A DNA stretch of 64,000 nucleotides from Nostoc sp. (GTDB lineage: Bacteria; Cyanobacteriota; Cyanobacteriia; Cyanobacteriales; Nostocaceae): contig JBALDB010000048.1 in assembly GCA_036918135.1 (NCBI GenBank), positions 128,001-192,000 of the forward strand. Reading direction: 5' to 3'. Below the pieces are notes generated by a model. It saw nothing but the letters and a program-made list of their open reading frames with translations. It ran no database searches and was not told the origin of the DNA. Position numbers and translations under genes: made by a program. This document shows, in pieces, positions 10,550 to 21,163 of this stretch. Every line of letters begins with the position of its first letter. The stretch's first letter is position 1.

Positions 10550-10765
10550 AGTTCTATTGAGTAGTAATTTTTAATGGTACAAAGCGTCTAGACACTAAAG
10601 AGATTTCACGCATCTTTACCGAACAGTTTAACGTGGTTAAATAGAGGTATTATGTGCTTTGTACAAAGTGAGCATAGGCGCAGCCCGCCGTAGGCATCGC
10701 TATTTGAATTCATTAAGTAGCTCACTTCATAAATAAACTGTAGTGAGGGCTGATAGCCCCCTTTT

Positions 10766-12594
10766 CTATTGATAACCAGCTGCTTGTAACGAAAACAATT
10801 TAGCGTAACGTCCTCCTGCCTGTAATAATTCTTCGTGAGTTCCTTGTTCTATAACTTCGCCCTTTTCTATAACCAGGATTTTGTCAGCCATTCGTACTGT
10901 GGAGAAGCGATGGGAAATCAAAAGTACCATCTGATTTTGAGTAATAGCGCGAAAATGATTGAAAATCTCAAACTCAGCTTGGGCATCTATTGCTGATGTT
11001 GGTTCATCTAACACCAAGATATCTGCTTGCGATCGCATAAAAGCACGAGACAAGGCAATTTTCTGCCACTGTCCTCCAGAAAGTTCTTGTCCTCCCTTAA
11101 ACCAACGACCAAGTTGAGTCTGGAAGTTCTGGGGTAATTGGTCAATAAAAGATTGAGCCATGCCTTTTTCGGCAGCAGTTTGCCAACGGGTATTGCTTTC
11201 AAGATGTTCTACATCGCCCACACCAATATTCTCACCCACAGTGAACTGATAGCGGACAAAGTTCTGAAAAATCACACCAATGCGACGCCGCAGTACATCT
11301 GCGTCCCATTCCTGCAAGTCCAAGCCATCTAAGAAAATTCGCCCAGAGTCAGGAGTGTAGAGTCGGGTAAGTAGTTTGATTAAAGTAGTCTTACCAGAAC
11401 CGTTTTCACCGACAATTGCCAGTTTTTCTCTGGGTTTCAAATGCAGTGAAATGTTTCTTAACGCTGGCTTGGAACTTCCTGGATAAGTAAATGAGACGTT
11501 CTCAAAACGAATACCATCTTGGGAATTTAAACCAATGGTTGCTTTACCCCAAGACTTTGGTACTTCCTCTTCCAGGAAATCGTAGAGATTTGATAGATAT
11601 AGATTGTCCTCATACATCCCTCCAATAGAAGTAAGGGCATTGGAAAAAGTAGACTGTCCTTGGCGAAACACAGTCAGATACATTGTCATATCTCCTAAGG
11701 AAATCTTACCTAGCACTGTTTCCAGCACAATCCAAGCATATGCCACATAAAAAGCACCAGTACTGAGTAAACTTAGGAGATACCCCCACAGTCCTCGCCG
11801 CAGAGTCAAATCACGGTCTTCCTCATAAAGTAGATTGAATAGGTTGCGGTAACGTTCTAGTAGCATCTCTCCTAGCTGGTAGAGTTTGACTTCTGTAACA
11901 AAATCTTCTCTTGCTAGCAGACTTTCTAAATAATGCTGTTGACGAGTTTCTGGCGCACGCCAACTAAATAAGCGAAAGGCTTCTCCAGCAAACTTCGTTT
12001 CTGTAATAAATACAGGCATAGCTGCTAAAATCAACACCACCACCGCCCAAACGGAGAAATTTACTAGCAAAATACCGTAGGTGAATAGAGAAAGGGCACT
12101 TTGCACTAACCCAAAGGTGCGGTTTACTAGAGAAAGGGGACGAACCGATGCTTCTCGTCGGGCATTGGTCAATTTGTCATAAAATTCTGAGTCTTCAAAC
12201 TGCCTCAAATCGAGTGTCAGCGCCTTTTCTAAAATGAGTACATTTACCCGTTGACCTAGTAGCGCCCGCAATAACGATTGACAAATGACGATTCCTCGCT
12301 GACTACCTGCTAGTAAAATTACAGCGATCGCTTCTAATCCTACATACAATAATGGGTGATAAATATTGACACCATTGCCGTTTGAATTAACTTGAGAGGC
12401 AAATACCACCGCATCAACAATCAACTTACCGAGGTAGGATATCGCCGCCGGTAAAAGACCAGCCACTAAAGTTAAACTAGCCAGAAAAATAGTCAGCGAT
12501 CGGCTAGTAGTCCATACTAAGCTTACAGCCCGTCCACTATAGCGGAAAACCGTCAGTGATTGGCGTACAATATTTCTTTTTTTTTAATTTTCAT
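10766..12594 (-). CDS. ABC transporter fused permease/ATPase with disrupted 5' end (stop or frameshift at ~12577-12586)
   Basis: Walker A GENGSGKT, LSGGQWQK, LDEPT; frame open upstream of 12466 to a TAA at an A9 tract. Confidence 0.8.
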
Positions 12595-12668
12595 CTTTCT
12601 TTGGACGAGATACCCCTGGTGCAGCGGATCTTTATAACTCTATATTAATCTTAATAAATTTTACATCT

Positions 12669-13808
12669 TTATCCCCACAATCTCCTACCTGCTTTGCCAT
12701 TTAATCTCTGGTGAGTATCTGCCAATAAAGCTGGAATATCTAATTTTTCTGGACATCGTGGTAAACAGTCGCCGCATTCTGTACAGCGGTTAGCTTTCAT
12801 TCCGGGGAACCAGTGACCGGCATTTTCAAACATTCCATAACGATATTGTCCATAGTCTGTCATCTCGTATGCTAATGTCAGGTTTCGTAACCGCAATACC
12901 TCTGGAATATTGATATTTTCTGGGCAAGGCAAACAAGCATAACATTGGCTACACTTATCAATTCCCAAAGCAATTTTTTGATGATTTTCTAATCGCTCAA
13001 ATGCAAAAATTTCTTCTAGTGTAAGTTGATTATCTCGGTCAGCAACTCGCAAAGGTTCGATTAATTCTTCTGGATTGGCTGCCCCGATACTCAAAGTAGT
13101 AATACGGTTATCTGCTAGTAAAAATCGATAGTTTAATTCTAGGGGTGAATACGGCTGACACAGGTCTTTTAGAGTTTGGGGTGGTGTGTAGAGGCGTCCT
13201 CCCTTATCAGCAGGGGAAATAATGAAAATCCCCATATCCTTTTCGGCTGCTAGTTGAATTGCTGGGGCGTGGCGTTGGAAAAAATAGTAATAATGCAGAT
13301 TAACAAATTCAAAAAAATCTGTATTTATAGCTGCCTGAATTAGCTCTAACGAGCCGTGGGTGGAAAAACCAACGTGTCGCACTCGACCATCAGCAACAGC
13401 TTCTTCTACAGCTTGCATACAACCATTTTTGGCTTGCACCCATTCTAAATGTTGCCAAGTGTTCAAGCCATGAATGCCTAAGCAATCTATATAATCTATT
13501 TGTAATTGTTCTAGGGATTCGTCGATGCACCGACGCATGGTGTCAGCATCTACTGTGGCTGGAATTTTGGTAGTCAGGTGCAGCCTCGTTCGGGGTACTG
13601 ATAAACCAGCTTTTAGCGCTTTACCAAGATATTCCTGACTTTTGCCGTAACCTCTGGCAGTTTCTAGATGATTAATTCCTAAGGCTAAGGCTTGTTCGAT
13701 GGTTTGCTGAGCATTTTCAAAATCAGCCAGGTAGCGCATTGTTCCTAAGGAAAAAACCGAGAGGCGCAAATTTGTTTTCCCAAAGCGTCGGTATTGCATG
13801 ATTAACAC
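12669..13808 (-). CDS. aldo/keto reductase with C-terminal 4Fe-4S domain
   Basis: YRRFGKT, ETARGYG, CSQCYACLPCP, CTECGDCLPRCP. Confidence 0.9.
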   Translation of the reverse strand: MLIMQYRRFGKTNLRLSVFSLGTMRYLADFENAQQTIEQALALGINHLETARGYGKSQEYLGKALKAGLSVPRTRLHLTTKIPATVDADTMRRCIDESLEQLQIDYIDCLGIHGLNTWQHLEWVQAKNGCMQAVEEAVADGRVRHVGFSTHGSLELIQAAINTDFFEFVNLHYYYFFQRHAPAIQLAAEKDMGIFIISPADKGGRLYTPPQTLKDLCQPYSPLELNYRFLLADNRITTLSIGAANPEELIEPLRVADRDNQLTLEEIFAFERLENHQKIALGIDKCSQCYACLPCPENINIPEVLRLRNLTLAYEMTDYGQYRYGMFENAGHWFPGMKANRCTECGDCLPRCPEKLDIPALLADTHQRLNGKAGRRLWG

Positions 13809-13906
13809 TAGTTAGAACAGAGACGCGATTAACCCAAGTCTTTTCAAAATTAATCGCGTCCGTACAAGAGTTAGGAGTTAAATGAAAATAACTCTTAACT
13901 CATAAC

Positions 13907-14404
13907 TTAGCTGTCGCCATTACCGAAGCGCTTGATCAAATCCTCAGGGCGAAGATTGGAAATAAATTCACGGAAGGCTTGCTGTTCGGCTTCATCTGCA
14001 TCGCGGTCAACAGGGATAGAAGCATCAGCGATGACTTCTTCCATTACCCAAATTGGGGTATTTGTACGCAGCGCAATGGCGATCGCATCGCTAGGACGGG
14101 CGTCAATTTCCTTTTTGACCTCGCCTTGCTGGACAATTAAGGCTGCATAAAATGTATCCTTTTGCAGGGAATGAATAATCACCTTCTCTAGAGTCATGTT
14201 CCAAGTCTCTAGAAGATTCACCATCAAATCGTGGGTTAAGGGTCTAGGAGGCTTCTGATTCTCCAATGCGCCCATAATTGCCCTAGCTTGTTCTTGACCA
14301 ATATAAATTGGCAAAGCCCGCCGATCTGAAGAATCTTTCAAAAGTACGATCGGGCTACGGGTTATGGCATCTAATGCTATGCCAGCGACTTTCATTTCAA
14401 TCAT
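13907..14404 (-). CDS. bifunctional nuclease family protein (DUF151)
   Basis: RPLTHDL, DARPSDAIAIA. Confidence 0.9.
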   Translation of the reverse strand: MIEMKVAGIALDAITRSPIVLLKDSSDRRALPIYIGQEQARAIMGALENQKPPRPLTHDLMVNLLETWNMTLEKVIIHSLQKDTFYAALIVQQGEVKKEIDARPSDAIAIALRTNTPIWVMEEVIADASIPVDRDADEAEQQAFREFISNLRPEDLIKRFGNGDS

Positions 14405-14744
14405 TGGCTAAGCCTCTACAATTTGTTGAGAGCTTTGGATGCTGTGTAACAAATAGTACCCTTTTTCGGGTGGTTTGGCGACAGTAATAAACATAAGCAT
14501 TCGTTCTCTATAATTGCTTCTATTAAACTCCGAACTTGTGGTGAACACCAGAGTAAATCAAATGGGTCTACTTAAACAATAAGCTTCTTACCCAAGTATG
14601 CCTTGTGAAGGATGCTAATGTGTTAATATTCCTTATATAAAAAAAGTCAGAAAATATACTAATATATTCACAATTTTTGTGACAATTACTAATTAATTTC
14701 AGTCAAAATTAGGCAATAAATAGAGTTAGTTTGGCAAAAAAGCT

Positions 14745-15425
14745 GTGTTTACAGGATTAATCCAAGCATTAGGAACGATGAAACCCTTAGGGGGCGATTC
14801 TTGGCAAATTACTTGTGTTAGCCAGTCAACTGAAGTAATTATGCAAGATTTGGCTTATGGTGACAGTGTGGCGGTAGATGGCGTTTGTTTGACAGTAGAA
14901 AAAGTTTTAAAAGATGGGTTTATCGCTACTGCTTCACCGGAAACGCTGCGCCGCACCACTTTGGGAGGTGAGCAAACCCAGCAGAAATATGTCAATTTAG
15001 AAGCGTCGCTGAAAGTTGGCAGCAAAATTGGCGGTCATTTTGTCATGGGTCATGTAGACGGCATCGGACGATTGCTAGTGGCAGAACAAACGGCTAGTTC
15101 TTGGGAAATGACCTTTAGTGCATCAGAGGCGATCGCACGCTACATTGTCCCCAAAGGTAGCATTGCCATCAATGGTATCAGCCTTACAGTAGCCGCATAT
15201 GAGCCAGAATTTTCGCAATTTAAGGTGGCGGTAATCCCCCTTACTTATGCCGAGACAAATCTTCGTTACTTGGCTGCTGGCAGTTTGGTAAATCTAGAAG
15301 GAGATATTCTTGGCAAATACGTCGAAAAATTCTTCCATTCAGGCAAGCCACACACCACAGACCCTGATAACAATAGTATAAACGACATTACACCCGCATT
15401 CTTAGTAGAACACGGGTATTTATAA
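14745..15425 (+). CDS. ribE: riboflavin synthase (alpha chain)
   Basis: MFTGLI, GVCLTV, GGHFVMGHVDG. Confidence 0.92.
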   Translation: MFTGLIQALGTMKPLGGDSWQITCVSQSTEVIMQDLAYGDSVAVDGVCLTVEKVLKDGFIATASPETLRRTTLGGEQTQQKYVNLEASLKVGSKIGGHFVMGHVDGIGRLLVAEQTASSWEMTFSASEAIARYIVPKGSIAINGISLTVAAYEPEFSQFKVAVIPLTYAETNLRYLAAGSLVNLEGDILGKYVEKFFHSGKPHTTDPDNNSINDITPAFLVEHGYL

Positions 15426-15628
15426 TTTAAAAATGGGAATGGGGCATTAGCCAAATAGGGAGTTAGGTAGAGACGCGATTAATTGCGTCTCTACAAGAGT
15501 TAAGAGTTAGCAATTCTCTCTCCCTCATCTGGCGGTTGGTGAGTTTTGACTACGCAAAAATCGAGCGAAGTCGAGATTCAACTACCGCCAAGTCGAACCA
15601 CATCGCCCTCATCTCTCCCAGGAACCAG

Positions 15629-17188
15629 TTAACTTCCTGGTTCCTGGCTGACCTGAGCAGTCTGCAAGCCTCGGACTAACTGGCTGAGGGCGCTTTGTAA
15701 ATCCGCGCCTGGGTCAGTAGCAACCCACCCATTCGGTGTTAAGTGACGGACTTCAAAGTGCAGGTGAGGCCCTGTAGAGTTGCCTGTACTGCCAACTCGC
15801 CCGATCATAGTCCCTGCTTGTACCCACTGACCGGGTTGAACAAAGATTTCTGACATGTGACCGTAGAGAGTTTGCTCAGCAGATTTGTGATCGAGGATAA
15901 CGGTTAAACCATAACCACCCACCCAGTTAGCAGTTTCTACAGTTCCAGGAGCAGCAGCCAAAACTGGTGTTCCCATCGGCGCACCCAAGTCTGTACCAGC
16001 ATGAAAGCGTTGGTTTCCTGTAATTGGATGAATTCGCCAACCAAACAAAGAAGTAATGGGAGCAGGAATCGACAGTGGATACATCATTCCTGTTCCACCA
16101 TAGGCAATTGTGGGACTGTAGGGGATTTGTGGCAATACTGATGCCAGCGAGAAGTCATAAGCTACGGTGCTAGGGCGGGGTGCAACGTTACCATCTGCCA
16201 TTGGTGGCGGTAAAGTACCACCGCTGGGTGCAATAGGAGTTGCACTCACCTTCGTAGTGTTGAATTCGCTGGGATTAGGAATAAACCGATTCGGGCGGAA
16301 TGCAGTCTTGCTTTCACTATTAGAAACACTTTGAACAGCACGCCATCTGCTATTGCTAGGAGCGGTTGCAACCTGCTGCACTGGTGAAACGACTGCCAAC
16401 TGGGCGTTTTGACTTCTTCTGAGCCAACTAGGTGCTAATTTACCATTAGAATTAGCTACACGCCCAGTTTGGGGCGCTTTAGCGCAAACCCCACTAGATA
16501 CGCCTTGTCCTGAAGGCAAAATGGCTCGGCAACCACTAGAGCGTTCTGTGAGGATTACAGAATTTGGTGCTTGATAAGTGCCCGTTGCGCCGATGTCATA
16601 ACTATTGGGGTCAATATAGGCGTTATTATAATCCTTAGTTTTCTCCGTCGTTGCCCTAACAGTAGTGTTCGAGTTATTTGCTGGTTGAGCAACTTCTGGG
16701 AGTTTTTCAGGTAACGAGCGGGGAGGAGTATTAGGTTTTTGCTCTCTCACCTTTGCAGGAGCGATTTGAGAAGTTTCTAACTTGGGCTTTGACTGTCTGA
16801 TAATCACAACAGGTTTAGCAGCTTCAATGGGTGTAGACTGCCTAATTGGCTCTTTTGATTGAGCAACTTCTGGCTTCTTGCCTAGTCTGTGTCTGAGTCT
16901 GGCTCGCCGTTGAGCAAAGTCTGGCTGTGTTTGAGCTACTTCAGGAGTAACAGTCTGTTTTTTCGCTGAATTTATAACTACTGTTGGCTGGGAACTTTCA
17001 ACAGTAGGAACGATATTGTCTATTTGTGTTTCCGTTTGAGCAGACACGAAGCCGCCGCTCAGGAGACTGATGCTGCTTAGCCAACAGAGACTCTGTGCTG
17101 GTAGCGTCGAGGCAAAACGTTTTTTTGTCACATCTCGCTGCCATGAGTAGTGCAAACGATGATAGGCAGAATTTTTGCGCTGCGTCAT
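15629..17188 (-). CDS. M23 family metallopeptidase
   Basis: HAGTD and HLH motifs in the C-terminal domain. Confidence 0.9.
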   Translation of the reverse strand: MTQRKNSAYHRLHYSWQRDVTKKRFASTLPAQSLCWLSSISLLSGGFVSAQTETQIDNIVPTVESSQPTVVINSAKKQTVTPEVAQTQPDFAQRRARLRHRLGKKPEVAQSKEPIRQSTPIEAAKPVVIIRQSKPKLETSQIAPAKVREQKPNTPPRSLPEKLPEVAQPANNSNTTVRATTEKTKDYNNAYIDPNSYDIGATGTYQAPNSVILTERSSGCRAILPSGQGVSSGVCAKAPQTGRVANSNGKLAPSWLRRSQNAQLAVVSPVQQVATAPSNSRWRAVQSVSNSESKTAFRPNRFIPNPSEFNTTKVSATPIAPSGGTLPPPMADGNVAPRPSTVAYDFSLASVLPQIPYSPTIAYGGTGMMYPLSIPAPITSLFGWRIHPITGNQRFHAGTDLGAPMGTPVLAAAPGTVETANWVGGYGLTVILDHKSAEQTLYGHMSEIFVQPGQWVQAGTMIGRVGSTGNSTGPHLHFEVRHLTPNGWVATDPGADLQSALSQLVRGLQTAQVSQEPGS

Positions 17189-17278
17189 TTGTTCTCTCAG
17201 TTGTGTGTAATTAGCCTAAAGAGATGATGCTAGTGGTTTGTCTTGTCCAAAGAGCGATATTTTGGACAAACCTCAAAT

Positions 17279-18097
17279 TTAAACGGAAGATTTATGGTAT
17301 CCCAAACTGATTGTACCGGGTTGAATATAAATTTCCGGTGTGATTAGTTCTTTTGTGCCATAAGTTTCTAAATCAACTCGTAAATTTCCTTGAGGAGTCA
17401 CCCCGACTACAGTACCCGAAAGATTATTGACGTACACCTTATCGCCCATATTTGTAAGCAAATCTAAATAGCGAGACAAGAGTATACTTATTCCTTCTTG
17501 GAAAAGGCACTGCATACCGGATTCTATTCCGAGTAAAACTGTAGAGGTGAGCATTTCCAAACAATAAATTAGTCTGGAATTTTGGGAAGCTTGCCACGAT
17601 TCCAGATTAATTCCAGTTTCTGGTACCGGGTTTGCCCAGTTAATACCAACACCAATTATTGCTTGCGTAATTTGTCCTTTGTTTACTTTGGTTTCTGTCA
17701 AAATGCCGCCTAGCTTGCGACCATTTAAAATTAAATCATTGGGCCATTTTATCCCAACATTTACGTTGTGCTGGCGCAATTGAGACGCTATTCCCCAAGC
17801 ACTAGCGAAAGTTAGCTGATAGCTGTCGGTAGCTGCTATTTTCTGGTCGAGAGAAATCGCTAGCGAAAGATACAATCCCCCAGCAGGAGAAATCCATTGG
17901 CGTCCCCATTGTCCCCGTCCAGCAGTCTGTGAAGTTGCAATTACTACTGTTCCCGAACTAGCCCCAAGGTTTAGCATGTCCCAAAGGGTTTGGTTGGTTG
18001 AGGAGACACTTTCAAAAAAATGCAGATCGAATGGTAAATATGGATATTTACGCCCTGCCTTTAAAGCTGCTTCTAAATTTTGCAAATCAAATACCAC
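17279..18097 (-). CDS. birA: biotin--[acetyl-CoA carboxylase] ligase
   Basis: STN, QTAGRGQWGRQW, KWPND, KLGGIL. Confidence 0.92.
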   Translation of the reverse strand: MVFDLQNLEAALKAGRKYPYLPFDLHFFESVSSTNQTLWDMLNLGASSGTVVIATSQTAGRGQWGRQWISPAGGLYLSLAISLDQKIAATDSYQLTFASAWGIASQLRQHNVNVGIKWPNDLILNGRKLGGILTETKVNKGQITQAIIGVGINWANPVPETGINLESWQASQNSRLIYCLEMLTSTVLLGIESGMQCLFQEGISILLSRYLDLLTNMGDKVYVNNLSGTVVGVTPQGNLRVDLETYGTKELITPEIYIQPGTISLGYHKSSV

Positions 18098-18176
18098 AGC
18101 AGTTAACCCAAATAGCGTTGTTCAAGTTAGCATTAATTGGCTGATGAGTAGATTTTCTGTTTAGGTTTGGTTAACG

Positions 18177-18953
18177 ATGCACACTTGGTACTGGTGTAAT
18201 TGGCAAGGACTGCCCTATCTGAGGTGTAGTATTCTGGATTGGGATCACGGTTTCTTTACCCAGCAGTTTTGGCCGCGATCGCCACAAGATCTCACACTAG
18301 TACTCCAACCGGAGGCATCAGTCTATCGCTTAAAGCAAGTACATGGCAATACTGTTCTCACCCCCCAAGAAATTGCTACCAGCACTCTTGAGGATGGTTT
18401 AGCATCAGCAGATGGTTTAATTAGCGAACAGCCTCTACAAGCTATCTGGGTCGCTAGTGCAGATTGTACACCCGTGCTGATTGGGGATGTGAAAACTGGA
18501 CAAGTGGCAGCAGTACACGCTGGATGGCGGGGTACTGCCAAGAAGATTGTTCCCCAAGCGATCGCTCGATTACAATCCCAAGGCAGCCAACTCGATAATT
18601 TACGTGTGGCGATAGGGCCAGCGATCGCTGGTGAAGTTTACCAGGTTTCTGTTGATGTAGCTGCCGAAATCGGAGCCAGCATTATATCACATAATGACGA
18701 ACAAAAAATTGTTCAAGCATTACAAAATCTGCCCAATTCACCTTTATTAGCAGACCCCAATCCAGGAAAGGTCAGGCTAGATGTCCGGCGAGTAAATGCC
18801 TTACAGCTAGAAAGTTTGGGAATTGGTGGAGAACAAATTGCGATCGCTCCTTATTGTACTTTCCAAACTCCAGAGCATTTCTTTTCTTACCGCCGCGAAC
18901 AAGAGAAAAAAGTGCAGTGGTCAGGGATTGTCAGTGGTAAAACAACTCAATAG
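18177..18953 (+). CDS. pgeF: PgeF/YfiH family protein
   Basis: QVHG, ADCTPV, HAGWRG, FFSYRR. Confidence 0.9.
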   Translation: MHTWYWCNWQGLPYLRCSILDWDHGFFTQQFWPRSPQDLTLVLQPEASVYRLKQVHGNTVLTPQEIATSTLEDGLASADGLISEQPLQAIWVASADCTPVLIGDVKTGQVAAVHAGWRGTAKKIVPQAIARLQSQGSQLDNLRVAIGPAIAGEVYQVSVDVAAEIGASIISHNDEQKIVQALQNLPNSPLLADPNPGKVRLDVRRVNALQLESLGIGGEQIAIAPYCTFQTPEHFFSYRREQEKKVQWSGIVSGKTTQ

Positions 18954-18965
18954 CCTATATTTTTA

Positions 18966-19360
18966 TCACAGGATAGTACTAATACTATCTACGATTTCAA
19001 GGGTTAATATCCCTTTTGGTTTGTTAACTACCAACTGCATAATGTCCAGCCACAACGAACCTATTATAGTATCAGGAATTTCATCTTCAACATGGACGGT
19101 AATTATAACTTCAGTTCCATCAATAATGAGTTTGCCTTGATAGATATCGAATCGTGCTTCTCCTCGTGCTGTCCGCATTTCAATTTGTGCGGTTATCAAT
19201 GACCACTTCAATACTTCCAAGTCTTGAGTATTAATGGCTAACCACCCATCTGTAAACCCAGTATCGAGTAAAGCTGCAACAGAAATTTTTTATTATTAGC
19301 AGCAACAAGCTGAATTTCAAATAATAACTCGCCATTATCCCCAAACAAACCTGCAATCAT
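18966..19360 (-). pseudogene. clan AA aspartyl protease, frameshifted
   Basis: ATG 19360 (MIAGLFGDNGEL) is out of frame with LLDTGFT (DTG at 19257-19265); 1-nt loss near T6 at 19286-19291. Confidence 0.8.
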
Positions 19361-19671
19361 AGCCTACCGCAGGTTCCTGTGTCGTTAAGTCGATATATGG
19401 TAAGTTTTACTTCGTTGATGTTGCCATAAGCATCGTGGATTTTTTGTATTATCCCCAAGAACGTTGGGTCAATAAGGTACTATTCTGTTTCAGGGTCAAT
19501 GGCAATATGCCAGTTGTAATGTGTTTGGATCAAAGTTGGACGTAAGCGCTCAAAAATAGCACGACACTGCATAGCAAGAGCATCACGTTGTTCCTGACGG
19601 TGACGCACTTCTTCAGGTGCTAATGATGCTTGTAGAATACGGGTGCGTCGTGGGTGGGATACCTGTGTCAT
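19357..19671 (-). pseudogene. small protein coupled to the aspartyl protease, with in-frame TAG at 19480-19482
   Basis: frame continues past TAG to ...RLNDTGTCGRL*, with ATGA overlap into the protease. Confidence 0.75.
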
Positions 19672-19758
19672 ATTAATAATATGTACGCTCTTGTATGGTC
19701 TTATTATCAAGTTAATTTCAAATCACAAATCTAAAATCTAAAATTTATTGACTAAAAG

Positions 19759-19897
19759 TCAAGTTAATGCATTATATAAAACTTCACGATGCATTAAGGC
19801 ACGATCTACTAAAGACTGTATTTGCTCAGGTGATAAAGGATCGCCATTACCCTAATGCTCCATCCAAGTCAGACTAATCAAATTTGGGCCATCTGGT
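19759..19897 (-). pseudogene. orphan diverged copy of the csaB 3' end
   Basis: PDGPNLISLTWMEH*GNGDPLSPEQIQSLVDRALMHRE aligns to 21164-21308. Confidence 0.9.
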
Positions 19898-20051
19898 TGC
19901 CAATGAGCGGCTCTAGCCCTATTTTCCGGACTGGAGCCGCTTGACTACAAACCTTTAATTATTCACGCCCACTTACTTATGACTCTTGGTGTTCTAAGTT
20001 GACATCCGATTCAATAGTTCAAATTTCAGAACCTGCTTTTGACGAAGGGAA

Positions 20052-20505
20052 CTAATTGCTAAGACTAAAATACTTACGGTGATTCCTAAAACGGCATAAC
20101 TCGGTAGGGCGAAGATAGTTACTTTCATCAAGTATGGCAATTCCCCTGCTTTCACCTTCCAGTGGTTTGCTAGAGAGCCGATGAGCCAATTTACTCGCTA
20201 CATAGTACCATTGAAAGTCCCACAAGGGTGGATGTGGTTGATTTAGGAAATAAATTAGCCAATCGGTATAACAGAGGAATCTTGTAATGACTAATACAAC
20301 ACCTGCTTGGACGAGAAAGTTAACAATTGGTTGACGAAAAAATTGCATTAACCGTTGGATTACAGAAGATTTTAAGAATAAAGAATTTTTCTAGACGGCT
20401 TTTTCAGCATCTAATCGCCAATTATTTTTGAGAACTAAAGCAACTAAAATTATTATAATTATGTTCCAAAAGCCAAAGCCGATCATTGCAATAATCTCAA
20501 TAGTT
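20052..20505 (-). pseudogene. degraded membrane protein, possibly GT87/DUF2029-like
   Basis: hydrophobic frame extends upstream through TAG at 20392-20394; WDFQWYYVAS motif. Confidence 0.45.
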
Positions 20506-20687
20506 ATTTTTATAATTCATTAGAATAAATTAGAATATCCCATGTTTAAAAAGCGTAATCAATCAAAAATTTATTATTTATCTCCACGATTGAATTTACT
20601 TGCTCTAAATCACGATTTATCTACTTTGTTATTCATAATTCAGGATTTAATTCTGGCGAGTGACGCCTTTATTCTTTCTTGCTTATA

Positions 20688-20793
20688 ACTTACGTAAGTG
20701 TTATTTTTTTCGCAAAATAGTCCCAAGTCAAAAGTCCAAAGTCTAAAAAACTTGACTCTTGATAGGAAGATATTTGCTAGTTGCGTAAGTCCT
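20688..20793. mobile_element. MITE-like element with (AGG)ACTTACG(C/T)A terminal inverted repeats
   Basis: ACTTACGTA ... TGCGTAAGTCCT; same TIR as 28701-28850. Confidence 0.55.
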
Positions 20794-21163
20794 GTTACTA
20801 AATAATATCGCCGAATTAAATCGTTATAAATGACACTTAAGTATTTTCATAATCAATTTACAAACCGAATTTTGACAATTACTCCCTTGCTGTCACAACC
20901 AAAGCTTACTCTCAGGGACATGAGCCACCATTGTCCGATCGCTCTTAAGTGTCAGTGCTGGTATTTACTTTAGCTATTGTTTATAATTTATTTCGATTTC
21001 TTTGATGCTTAACGATCGCCCCGCTACCTATTCGGCTTGATATTAGATGTTATCTAGTCAATAATCTGCAAAAGCCGATTTGGTAAACTGGGAACAAGCA
21101 TCGCAATTTAACCAAAGAGTATATAAACGAAGTTTGTATTTTCTCGGCTCTAGATTTTTGGTC

